15,208 bases of DNA from Chthoniobacteraceae bacterium. GTDB lineage: Bacteria > Verrucomicrobiota > Verrucomicrobiia > Chthoniobacterales > Chthoniobacteraceae. The stretch is from assembly GCA_031409655.1 (NCBI GenBank), contig JANNXQ010000254.1:1-15208 (forward strand), in the 5' to 3' direction. This document shows, piece by piece, positions 1-12,372 of the stretch; position 1 is the stretch's first letter; the number at the start of each line of letters is the position of its first letter. The notes beneath the pieces are model-generated. The model worked only from the letters and a program-made list of their open reading frames with translations, was not told the origin of the DNA and did not search any database. The position numbers and the translations under genes were made by a program.

Positions 1-963
1 CCGCTCGCCATCGCACTCTCAAAGGAAAAGCCGTTCCTCTTCGGCCTCGAGCGCCTTCTGCGTCCGCAGAAATATGCGCAGACCGCACGCATCGCCCGGC
101 TGCAGCCCTACGACCCGGCGAAGATCCCCGTCATCTGCGTCCACGGCCTGCTCGACTCGCCGGCGACCTGGGTGCCGATCATCAATACCCTGCGCGGCGA
201 CGAGGCCATCCGGCGGCACTATCAGTTCTGGTTTTACAGCTACCCGAGCGGCTATCCGTATCCGTATTCCGCCTCGATCCTGCGCCACGAACTCGACGCC
301 ATCGAAAAGAAATTCCCGCTGCGCAAAAAGATGGTCGTCGTCGGCCACAGCATGGGCGGCTGCATCAGCCGGCTGCTCATCACCGACACCGACGAGAAGC
401 TCTGGATGAAGACGTTCAACAAGCCGCCGGCGCAGGTGCAACTCTCGCCGGAAACCCGGAAGCTCTTCACCGAGACCCTCATCTTCCGGCACCGGCCGGA
501 GATCGGTCGCGTGATTTTTGTTGCCGCGCCGCTCCGGGGCAGCGACCTCGCCAGCAATTGGGCCGGTCGCCTCGGTTCGATGCTCGTGAAGTCGCCCACC
601 ACGCTGCTCAGCATCGGTCAGGACGCGCTCAAACTCGCCACCTTCCAAGGCGACGACCTGCGGATCAAAGGAATCCCAAACAGCGTCGATACGCTCGCGC
701 CGAACAACCGCTTCGTAAAAATTATCCAGACCATCCCGCTTACGCCCGGCATCCCGTATCACGTCATCTCCGGCGACCGCGGCAAAGGCGGCAACAAAGA
801 CAAGACCAAGCCCGGGATGTCCGACGGCATCGTGCCCTACTGGAGCAGCCACATGGACGGCGCGCAGAGCGAACTCGTCGTCCCCTCGAGCCATAGCGCG
901 CACCAGAATCCGCAGGCCATTGAGGAAGTGCGGCGCATCCTCAAGCTGCACGCCCGGCGATGA
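1..963 (+). CDS. Alpha/beta hydrolase (lipase/esterase-like), 5'-truncated by window edge
   Basis: Frame 1 is open from base 1 (PLAIALSKEKPF...PYDPAKIPVICVHGLLDSPATW), so the GTG at 172 is internal. Motifs: oxyanion-type HG, nucleophile elbow GHSMGG, SDGIVPY (Asp), C-terminal SHSAH (His). Confidence 0.85.
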   Translation, partial: PLAIALSKEKPFLFGLERLLRPQKYAQTARIARLQPYDPAKIPVICVHGLLDSPATWVPIINTLRGDEAIRRHYQFWFYSYPSGYPYPYSASILRHELDAIEKKFPLRKKMVVVGHSMGGCISRLLITDTDEKLWMKTFNKPPAQVQLSPETRKLFTETLIFRHRPEIGRVIFVAAPLRGSDLASNWAGRLGSMLVKSPTTLLSIGQDALKLATFQGDDLRIKGIPNSVDTLAPNNRFVKIIQTIPLTPGIPYHVISGDRGKGGNKDKTKPGMSDGIVPYWSSHMDGAQSELVVPSSHSAHQNPQAIEEVRRILKLHARR

Positions 964-1946
964 AGCGGGCACTGCGGATTGGAGCGTGGGCGCTGGCGTG
1001 GCTGCTTGCGGCTGGCTGCGCGGCGTGGGCCTTCGGCGCGCTGCATTACGACTTCCCGGTACTAAAGGGCGCGGTCGCCTGGGCGTTCGCACTCGCGCTC
1101 ATTGCCGGGGTGGTTTTCGTGCGCGGCCCATGGCGGAAAATCGGCGCGGTCTTTGCGGGCTTCGTCCTCGTGCTCGGGTGGTGGCTGACTTTGCAAGCGA
1201 GTAACCAAAGTGACTGGCAACCCGACGTGGCTCAGCTCGCGTGGGCCGACATCAACGGCGACGAGGTCACGCTGCACAACGTCCGCAACTGCGATTACCG
1301 CACCGAGCTGGATTACACCGCGCGCTGGGAGACGCGCACCGTGCGTCTCTCGCAGATCACCGGCATCGACCTCGCGATCAACTACTGGGGCTCGCCCTAC
1401 ATCGCGCACCCCATCGCCAGCTTCCAATTCGCCGATGCGCCGCCGGTCTGCTTCTCCATCGAGACGCGGAAAAAGGTGGGACAGAGTTACTCCGCGATTG
1501 GTGGCCTCTACCGGCAGTTCGAGCTGACCTATATCGTCGCCGACGAGCGCGACGTCATCCGCGTGCGCACGAACTACCGCCAAGGCGAAGACATCTATCT
1601 TTATCGCACGGCCGCCCAACCCGCCCAGGCCCGCGAGCGCTTCCTCGAATATGTGCGCTCGCTCAACCACAAGCGCGACCACCCGCGCTGGTACAGCGCC
1701 ATCACCACGAACTGCACGACTAGCATCCGCACGCAACATTCCGCCGCCAAGCGCCTCCCGTGGGACTGGCGGATGCTGCTCAATGGCAAAGGCGACGAAA
1801 TGCTGTACGAGCGCCGCGCCCTCGCCACTGGCGGCCTGCCCTTCGTGGAGCTAAAACAGCGCGCTCTCATCAACGAAGCGGCCAAGGCCGCGAACGACGC
1901 GCCCGATTTCTCCCGTCGCATCCGGGAGGGACGACCGGGATTCTGA
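960..1946 (+). CDS. DUF4105 / Lnb N-terminal-domain-like membrane-anchored protein
   Basis: ATGA overlap with the upstream stop. About 3 hydrophobic N-terminal helices, then W-Q-P-D-V-A, 'HNVRNCDYR', 'YWGSPYIAHPIASF', 'SIETRK', 'ERDVIRVRTNYR' and 'WY..ITTNCTT', which are recognised DUF4105 motifs including the His and NC residues. Confidence 0.8.
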   Translation: MKRALRIGAWALAWLLAAGCAAWAFGALHYDFPVLKGAVAWAFALALIAGVVFVRGPWRKIGAVFAGFVLVLGWWLTLQASNQSDWQPDVAQLAWADINGDEVTLHNVRNCDYRTELDYTARWETRTVRLSQITGIDLAINYWGSPYIAHPIASFQFADAPPVCFSIETRKKVGQSYSAIGGLYRQFELTYIVADERDVIRVRTNYRQGEDIYLYRTAAQPAQARERFLEYVRSLNHKRDHPRWYSAITTNCTTSIRTQHSAAKRLPWDWRMLLNGKGDEMLYERRALATGGLPFVELKQRALINEAAKAANDAPDFSRRIREGRPGF

Positions 1947-1986
1947 AGGGTTGCTTTCTTCCGCTCCAAGCACGACCAAAAGGCCC

Positions 1987-2892
1987 ATGAAACTCGCTAA
2001 AATCTTCAAGGCTGCGCGTCAGGTTTCAAAGGCTTACCGCTTCACCAATGGAAAAAAGTTTCGCCTGAAAGACGTGGACCCGGCTGACACCGGCGACCTC
2101 AAAGCGGAGGATAAGCCGCGCGCGCAGGAAGCATTGCGGATGGGTGTGGAGGCGCTGGCGGAACTCCAGGGCGTGCTCTACGCGCAAGATCGCTGGTCGG
2201 TCTTACTGATCTTTCAGGCGATGGATGCGGCGGGGAAGGATGGGACGATCAAACACGTGATGTCGGGGGTGAATCCGCAAGGGTGCCAGGTGTCTTCCTT
2301 CAAGGCGCCGACCTCGGAGGATCTGGATCACGACTTTCTCTGGCGGTGTATGAAGCAGCTCCCGGAGCGCGGCAGAATCGGGATTTTCAATCGCAGCTAC
2401 TACGAGGAGACGCTCGTGGTGCGGGTGCATCCGGAGTTTCTCGCGCGCCAGAAATTGCCGGCGCAGTGTGTGACCAAGCATATTTGGAAGGAGCGATTCG
2501 AGGACATCCGGGCCTTTGAGCGTTACCTGACGCGCAATGGGACCATCGTCTTAAAGTTTTTCCTGCACGTCTCGAAAGAGGAGCAGGAGAAGCGCTTTCT
2601 CGAGCGGCTCGATCACCCGGAGAAGAACTGGAAGTTCTCGGCGAATGACGTGAAAGAGCGCACCCACTGGGCCGACTACATGCAGGCCTATGAAGAGACG
2701 ATCCGCGAGACGGCCACGGAGGATAGCCCCTGGTATGTGGTGCCGGCGGATAATAAGTGGTTCACGCGGGTGATCGTGTCTGCGGCGGTGATCGACGCGC
2801 TGGCGTCGCGCAAGCTCCACTATCCGAAAGTAAGTGCGGCGCAGCGGAAGGAACTCGCGGCTGCGCGGGAGGCGCTGCTCGCGAGCGATTGA
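1987..2892 (+). CDS. ppk2: Polyphosphate kinase 2 family protein (probably class III)
   Basis: Walker A AMDAAGKDG, FKAPT, FNRSYYEETLVVRVH, KFFLHVSKEEQ, KNWKFS and PWYVVPADNKW. ATG at 1987 preferred over TTG at 1951. Class III is inferred from the NRSxYE signature. Confidence 0.93.
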   Translation: MKLAKIFKAARQVSKAYRFTNGKKFRLKDVDPADTGDLKAEDKPRAQEALRMGVEALAELQGVLYAQDRWSVLLIFQAMDAAGKDGTIKHVMSGVNPQGCQVSSFKAPTSEDLDHDFLWRCMKQLPERGRIGIFNRSYYEETLVVRVHPEFLARQKLPAQCVTKHIWKERFEDIRAFERYLTRNGTIVLKFFLHVSKEEQEKRFLERLDHPEKNWKFSANDVKERTHWADYMQAYEETIRETATEDSPWYVVPADNKWFTRVIVSAAVIDALASRKLHYPKVSAAQRKELAAAREALLASD

Positions 2893-2908
2893 GTTTCGCA
2901 GCCTGCGA

Positions 2909-3712
2909 TCACAGGGCTTTGAAGCGTGGATTTTGACCGAGAAATTTCTGCGGGTTGCCGTAGAGGAGCTGGTCGATCTTCTCCGCGCTGAATTGGCGGC
3001 GGCGCATCTCGAGGCCCGCGTAAGGCACGGCCAGCGGGACGCTGATGCCCCAGTCGCAGGCGCTGTTCAGCCAGAGGCGTTCACTGCCGTAACATTCGAT
3101 GATATCGACGGCGCGCGCGGAGGTGCATTTCGATTCGGGGTAAAGCGTCATGCCGGCCCAGTGCCCCCGATCGAGGACCATCTGGACGGTGTGTTCCTCG
3201 ACGTGGTCGATGATCACGCGGTCGGCTGTGATCCGGGAGTCGGACTTGATGGCATCGAGGATCAAACGCGTGCCCTTATGTTTGTCTTCGAGGTGCGGCG
3301 TGTGGACGAGGATGAGTTGATCGAAGCGCGCGGCGAGGTCGATGTGCCTTTCGAGGATGGCGAGTTCGTTGCGGGTGTTCTTATTCAGCCCGATCTCGCC
3401 GATGCCGAGCACGGTCGGCTGGTCGATGAATTGTGGGATGATCGAGAGCACCTCTTCCGCGAGAACCATGTCCTCGGATTCCTTGGGATTGATGCAAAGC
3501 CAGCAGTAGTGCGGGAGGCCGAATTTCGCCGCGCGCTTTGGTTCATAGTCCGTGAGCTGGCAGAAGTAATCGTGGAATCCCTGCACGCCGCTGCGATCAA
3601 AGCCCGCCCAGAATGCTGGCTCACAGACAGCGGAACATCCCGCCGTGACCATCGAGACATAGTCGTCCGTGGTGCGACTAACCATGTGAGCGTGGGGTTC
3701 GATGTAGCGCAT
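2909..3712 (-). CDS. TatD-family metal-dependent hydrolase (EboB-like subfamily)
   Basis: N-terminal PHAHMVSRTTDDY, EPAFW, INPKE, GIGEIGL, HTPH, IIDH and NSACDWG, giving TIM-barrel amidohydrolase metal ligands. SRTTDDY/EPAFW match my recollection of EboB-type proteins. Confidence 0.85.
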   Translation of the reverse strand: MRYIEPHAHMVSRTTDDYVSMVTAGCSAVCEPAFWAGFDRSGVQGFHDYFCQLTDYEPKRAAKFGLPHYCWLCINPKESEDMVLAEEVLSIIPQFIDQPTVLGIGEIGLNKNTRNELAILERHIDLAARFDQLILVHTPHLEDKHKGTRLILDAIKSDSRITADRVIIDHVEEHTVQMVLDRGHWAGMTLYPESKCTSARAVDIIECYGSERLWLNSACDWGISVPLAVPYAGLEMRRRQFSAEKIDQLLYGNPQKFLGQNPRFKAL

Positions 3713-3724
3713 TCGGGAAATTAA

Positions 3725-3991
3725 TCAGGATTCGCCTGGCCACGCGCCGCAGGCGCCTTTGCCTGGCGCTTTCGCGATGGGTTCCGTGGTCGGATCGCTC
3801 AGAGACATCAGGACGCTTTTCGCCCGGGAGGGTTCACTGCTGTGCAGTTCCTCGAGGGCTTTGCGGAAAGCCGCGAGGCGGAAATCGGGCTCCCCTTCAC
3901 CGCGGTCGATGCGGTCGAGGAAGGCGGCGAGGTCGAGGAGCTTCGCGCGCGCGTCCATGAAGTAGAGGTCGAGGAGTTGCTGGCGAGTCAT
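3725..3991 (-). CDS. Small hypothetical helical protein (88 aa), probably co-transcribed with the TatD-like gene
   Basis: ATG start, amphipathic helix LLDLYFMDARAKLLDLAAFLDRIDR, GC3-rich codons, and a 12-bp gap to the downstream gene. Confidence 0.7.
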   Translation of the reverse strand: MTRQQLLDLYFMDARAKLLDLAAFLDRIDRGEGEPDFRLAAFRKALEELHSSEPSRAKSVLMSLSDPTTEPIAKAPGKGACGAWPGES

Positions 3992-4037
3992 GCGAAGAAT
4001 CTCCCACGTTCGCTTTCACTTTCCACTCCCGACACGA

Positions 4038-4070
4038 CACAGCCCCGGAGCGCAGGCTGCCGGGGCTGTG
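4038..4070 (-). terminator. GC-rich hairpin downstream of cytochrome b562-like gene (putative terminator or mRNA-stabilising stem)
   Basis: Perfect 11-bp inverted repeat CACAGCCCCGG (4038-4048) / CCGGGGCTGTG (4060-4070), 26 nt after the stop. The U-tract is weak. Confidence 0.5.
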
Positions 4071-4096
4071 GGTAAGTTGGGATGGGCAACGGTCGG

Positions 4097-4522
4097 TTAT
4101 TCGTCGGCGCCGAAGTCTTTGTGACCCTTTTCCTTCGACTGGCTGAGCTTCTCGAAGATCGCAGCGGCAGCGTCGCCCTTGCCGGCTTTCACCGCGGTGT
4201 CGAGCTCATCGAACGCTTTGGAGAGGTCGGTCATCTGGTGCTTGTACTTGTCGAGGTAGGCTGCCTTCTCTGCCGCCGGGATGTCCTTGGTCTGCGCGGG
4301 CTCGAGTTTCATGGATGCATCGATGTTCTTCTTGATGCCCGCGATGAGTCCGATGTTTTCGTCTTTCTTCGTGGCGTCGGCGACCTGGCGCTTGAGGGTG
4401 CGCAGGCTCTTGTTCATGGCCTTCATTTCCTTCATGAGCGGAGTGTCGTCTTCCGCGGCGAGGGCCGTGGTGAAGCCGAGGGCGAGGGTCATGGCGAAGG
4501 TGAGGAGGGTTTTGAGTTTCAT
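4097..4522 (-). CDS. Secreted cytochrome b562-like four-helix bundle protein
   Basis: Sec signal peptide (MKLKTLL...ALA|AE), all-helical Lys/Ala-rich mature part, Met near the mature N-terminus (PLMKEMKAM), His at the C-terminus (KGHKDF), no CxxCH. Confidence 0.65.
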   Translation of the reverse strand: MKLKTLLTFAMTLALGFTTALAAEDDTPLMKEMKAMNKSLRTLKRQVADATKKDENIGLIAGIKKNIDASMKLEPAQTKDIPAAEKAAYLDKYKHQMTDLSKAFDELDTAVKAGKGDAAAAIFEKLSQSKEKGHKDFGADE

Positions 4523-4652
4523 GATGGTGGGTGGGTTTGAACGGTGAGGTGGAGGATTGGAGATGCGGCGAGGTTTGCCAAGCCTTTGCTCAGCCTGCCG
4601 ACCCCATGCAGACGGCTAGACCCGGGAGATTGTTCAATGCTTAGCCGGATTC

Positions 4653-9122
<4,470 letters not shown>

Positions 9123-9308
9123 GGGGAGAGTGGGGAAATCCGGAGCGTCGGGCGGAGTCTGAAGGCGCAGAGGATAGCTCAAAATACCGGGAATGCCGAG
9201 GGGAAGTTTTCTGGCTCGGGAGCGCAAAGGAGGCCCGATCTTCGCCAAGGCAGGTGAGGCGCGCCCACCGCGCTGGGCATAGGCTTGGTCATGAACCGCA
9301 TCTCCCCG

Positions 9309-9947
9309 ATGAAGTCCTCACTCCTCGCCTTTCTCCTCCTCGGCACGGTCACCCTGTGGGCTGTCACGGCCAAGAAGCCTGCCCAAGCCCCCGAGCCACC
9401 GTGTTGCCGCGAGGGGCTGCCGCCTGGAAAATTCAGCGACAAGTCCATCTACACGCTCGGCGCCACGTGGACGGCGGATGTCGGCAAGGACGTGAAGCTC
9501 GACGCGCTGCGTGGCCGCCCGCAAGTCATGGCGCTCTTCTTCACGAGCTGCCAGCACTCCTGTCCGCTCATCGTGAAGGACCTGAAGGCGATCGAAAAAG
9601 CGCTCCCGGCGAACGTGCGGGGCGGCGTGGATTTCCTTCTCGTGAGCATCGACCCGGAGCGCGATACGCCAGAAGCGTTGCGGGCCTTCCGCGAGAAATA
9701 TGACCTGCCGATCGAGCACTGGAGCCTCCTGCGCGGAAAGTCGGACGACGTGAAGGCGCTCGCGGACCTCCTGGGCTTCCGCTATTTCCCCGGCTCGAAT
9801 CTGCAATTCGCCCACTCGCTGCTCATCACAGTGCTCAATCCCGCCGGCGAGATCGTCTATCAGCAATCCGGCATCGGCAATGAACGCGACGACGCGACCG
9901 CCGCGATCCTCCGGATGATGAAGCCGAAGGCGAAACGCGCGAAGTAA
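9309..9947 (+). CDS. SCO1/SenC-family copper chaperone / thioredoxin-fold protein
   Basis: FFTSCQHSCP (CxxxCP), SIDPERDTPEAL, FAHS (His ligand) and an N-terminal signal/anchor. Alternative start ATG 9291. Confidence 0.9.
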   Translation: MKSSLLAFLLLGTVTLWAVTAKKPAQAPEPPCCREGLPPGKFSDKSIYTLGATWTADVGKDVKLDALRGRPQVMALFFTSCQHSCPLIVKDLKAIEKALPANVRGGVDFLLVSIDPERDTPEALRAFREKYDLPIEHWSLLRGKSDDVKALADLLGFRYFPGSNLQFAHSLLITVLNPAGEIVYQQSGIGNERDDATAAILRMMKPKAKRAK

Positions 9948-10007
9948 CGCGGCGGGTAGCGGGCAGCTTCCGGTTTCACCGGAGTTCGTGCATCCTGCGC
10001 CGCCTTC

Positions 10008-11414
10008 ATGTCCCAGCCTGAACTCATCCGCGGCCTCGGTCTCCGCGACGCCACCGCGCTCGTCATCGGGACGATCATCGGCACGGGGGTCTTTTTGAAA
10101 ACGACGCCGATGGCCCAGGCCGTCGGCGCGCCGCAGTGGGTCCTGGCCGCATGGATCGTCGCCGGGCTGCTCTCGCTCGCTGGCGCGCTCACTTACGCCG
10201 AACTCGGCGCGCTCCTCCCAAAGGCCGGCGGCGAATACGTCTATCTGCGCACGGCTTACGGCGATCTGCCGGCGTTCCTTTTCGGCTGGATGCGCATCAC
10301 GGTGGGCGGCGCTGGGTCGATCGCCATCGCCGGCGTCGCCTTCGCCACTTTCCTGTCGTCCGTCGTGCCGCTCGATGCCGTCTGGGTGCGACGCAGCTTC
10401 GTCGTCCTCGGCCAAAGTTTCGACTGGCAGTTCGGCAGCAAGCAGGTCGTCGCCGTGCTCATCATCCTCGCCTGCGCCGCGCTCAATTGCCTGCGCGTGG
10501 TCTTTGGCGGACGCCTGCAATTTGTGCTTTCCTCGCTCAAGGTCGCCGCCATCGCCGCGATCGTCATCGGTGTTTTCTTCTTCGGAAAAGGGACGACCTG
10601 GGCGCATCTCAGCGCGCCTGCGGGAGCCGGCGGCTGGTGCGGCTTCCCCGCCTTCGGCGCCGCGATGGTCGCCGCGCTCTGGGCCTTCGACGGCTGGAAC
10701 AACATGCCGATGGTCGCCGGCGAAGTGCGCAACCCTGGCCGCACCATTCCCCTCGCGCTTTTCCTCGGCATGGCCGTCGTCCTCCTCGCCTACGCCGCCG
10801 CGAATCTCGCCTACTTCTACGCGCTGCCCTTCGACGAAATCCTCACCGCGAACTCCACACGACATCGTGAAGCCCTGCCCGTGGCCGCGATGGCCGCGCG
10901 CACTTTCCTTGGCGAACGCGGACCTGCGCTGGTCTCCGTCGCCTTCATCCTCTCCACGCTCGGCCTGCTCAATGGCTCCCTGCTCACCAATGCCCGCATC
11001 CCATACGCAATGGCCCGCGACGGACTATTCTTCGCGCGCTTCGCCCGGCTGAATGAAACGACCGCCGTCCCGGTCACGTCCATCATCGTCCTCGCGCTGT
11101 GGGCCAGCCTGCTCGCGATCTCCGGCACCTTCGATCAACTCACCGACTGCGTCGTCTTCGCCGGCTGGATTTTCTACGCCCTCACCACCTCCGCCGTCTT
11201 CGCCCTACGCCGGAAAATGCCCACCCACCCGCGCCCCTACCGCACCTTTGGCTACCCCGTGCTGCCCGCCGTCTTCATCGCCGTCGCCCTGGCCCTGCTC
11301 GCCAATACGCTCGTGACCTCGCGCCTCGAATCCCTCTTCGGCCTCGCCCTCATCGCCACCGGCCTGCCGCTCTATCGGCGCTTGAAACGCTCGCGACCGC
11401 CTCGCTCCGCCTGA
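10008..11414 (+). CDS. APC-superfamily amino acid permease (LAT-like)
   Basis: IGTIIGTGVF (TM1), YAELGALLPKAGGEYVYL, LWAFDGW, GEVRNP, ARIPYAMARDG and RPYRTFGYP, with about 12 TM segments. Confidence 0.93.
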   Translation: MSQPELIRGLGLRDATALVIGTIIGTGVFLKTTPMAQAVGAPQWVLAAWIVAGLLSLAGALTYAELGALLPKAGGEYVYLRTAYGDLPAFLFGWMRITVGGAGSIAIAGVAFATFLSSVVPLDAVWVRRSFVVLGQSFDWQFGSKQVVAVLIILACAALNCLRVVFGGRLQFVLSSLKVAAIAAIVIGVFFFGKGTTWAHLSAPAGAGGWCGFPAFGAAMVAALWAFDGWNNMPMVAGEVRNPGRTIPLALFLGMAVVLLAYAAANLAYFYALPFDEILTANSTRHREALPVAAMAARTFLGERGPALVSVAFILSTLGLLNGSLLTNARIPYAMARDGLFFARFARLNETTAVPVTSIIVLALWASLLAISGTFDQLTDCVVFAGWIFYALTTSAVFALRRKMPTHPRPYRTFGYPVLPAVFIAVALALLANTLVTSRLESLFGLALIATGLPLYRRLKRSRPPRSA

Positions 11415-11459
11415 GGCGCGTCCTCACGACTCACACAGACACATCACCACTCCGGCGGC

Positions 11460-12341
11460 CTATCGTGGCGGTGCGGCGGCGCGGTCCGCCGTCGCACCCG
11501 CCAGCACACAGCGAAAGCCGTCGTAGTGGCCGCGATTCGTGGGGGCATTGCGGTTGCGGGCGGACGACAGCAGGACGCTCCGGCGCCGGCCATTCCACGA
11601 CGCGCCGCGCAAGACACGCTCCGTTTGATCCTGGTCAAACCAGTCCTCGCACCATTGCCGCACGTTGCCGCCCAGGTCGTGGAGGCCGAATTGATTCGCC
11701 GCAAAGCTGCCCACGGGAGACGTATTCACAAAACCATCGTTGTAGCCCGAGGCGACAAACTCGCCCCCACCTGCTTTGTCGGCGGCCAGGGCCTTGGCGG
11801 TCTTGAATTTCCCGGTCTCGCGCTCCGGCTGCAATTCCTCCCCGGCATAGTTGCCCGCTCCCTTCTGCGGCGGCCATTGGGTGCCCGCGGGAAAGGCATC
11901 GGTGATCTTCCCGTCCTTCTCGGACGGCAGTTTCGCGGCGTCCTCCCGCGCCCCGATTCCCACGGCACAGCTCCACTCGTGATCGCTCGGCAGGCGGTAG
12001 CGTTCATTCGCCCCGAGCCTGCCCGCCGCGTGCTCCCGCGCGGTGAGCCATTGGCAGAAAAGCTGCGCATCCTCCCAACTCACATACACCGCCGGATGCG
12101 TGGGCTCCTGCGGGAAGTCCGCCTTGGGCCACTCGCGTTTAGTCTCCTGGATAAAGACCCCATAATCCTGCACCCGCGTGTCCCACACGCTGAAGAGCAC
12201 GCGCCCTTCGGCAGGCTCAGGGCCTCGAGCTTGTCGAGACGGCTGCCCGCCGGTCGGCCCCCCGCCCGCATCGCTACGCGAAGCGTTGCGGGCGGGGCCC
12301 AGGATCGGCACGGGGACGAATTTCATGCCCAGGGTGTTCAC
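11460..12341 (-). CDS. FGE-sulfatase/SUMF1-fold domain (C-terminal portion of the split kinase gene, probably non-catalytic)
   Basis: HPAVYVSWEDA, YRLPSDHEW, TSPVGSFAANQFGLHDLGGNVRQWCED, RGASW and GFRCVL. Lacks the Cys pair that follows RGGS in catalytic FGE. Confidence 0.85.
   Translation of the reverse strand: MNTLGMKFVPVPILGPARNASRSDAGGGPTGGQPSRQARGPEPAEGRVLFSVWDTRVQDYGVFIQETKREWPKADFPQEPTHPAVYVSWEDAQLFCQWLTAREHAAGRLGANERYRLPSDHEWSCAVGIGAREDAAKLPSEKDGKITDAFPAGTQWPPQKGAGNYAGEELQPERETGKFKTAKALAADKAGGGEFVASGYNDGFVNTSPVGSFAANQFGLHDLGGNVRQWCEDWFDQDQTERVLRGASWNGRRRSVLLSSARNRNAPTNRGHYDGFRCVLAGATADRAAAPPR
11470..11498. other. 12-bp GC-rich hairpin at the 3' end of the FGE domain, between convergent genes
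   Basis: GGTGCGGCGGCG-cggtc-CGCCGTCGCACC, with one G:T pair on the + strand. Confidence 0.45.
12204..12242. repeat. 39-bp imperfect palindromic element in frame within the FGE domain (PSRQARGPEPAEG)
   Basis: CCCTTCGGCAGGCTCAGGGCCTCGAGCTTGTCGAGACGG. Stem TCGGCAGGCTC/GAGCTTGTCGA with two G:T pairs. Confidence 0.7.
12261..12296. repeat. 36-bp palindromic element in frame within the FGE domain (PARNASRSDAGG)
   Basis: CCCGCCCGCATCGCTACG|CGAAGCGTTGCGGGCGGG, with 16 of 18 positions self-complementary. Confidence 0.8.
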
Positions 12342-12372
12342 GAAGGGCGCGTCCTTCGTGGCAGTGGCAAGA

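Noticed and set aside
19..3724. Long alternative ORFs 19-1092(-), 1062-1739(-) and 2834-3724(+)
   Set aside because: They overlap well-supported genes on the opposite strand and have no recognisable domains.
9949..10004. Weak hairpin (TCCGGT-TTC-ACCGGA core) between SCO and permease
   Set aside because: Short stem and no U-tract, so insufficient for a terminator or riboswitch call.
9318..10865. 515-aa - strand ORF
   Set aside because: Antisense shadow of the SCO and APC genes, which have clear family motifs.
11469..11479. Third copy of the 11-mer CGGTGCGGCGG
   Set aside because: Low-complexity GC sequence encoding Ala/Pro; chance recurrence is plausible.
11770..11802. Possible fourth degenerate palindromic insert in the FGE domain (TAKALAADKAG)
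   Set aside because: Only a short imperfect palindrome (GCCAGGGCCTTGGC); cannot be supported without an alignment.
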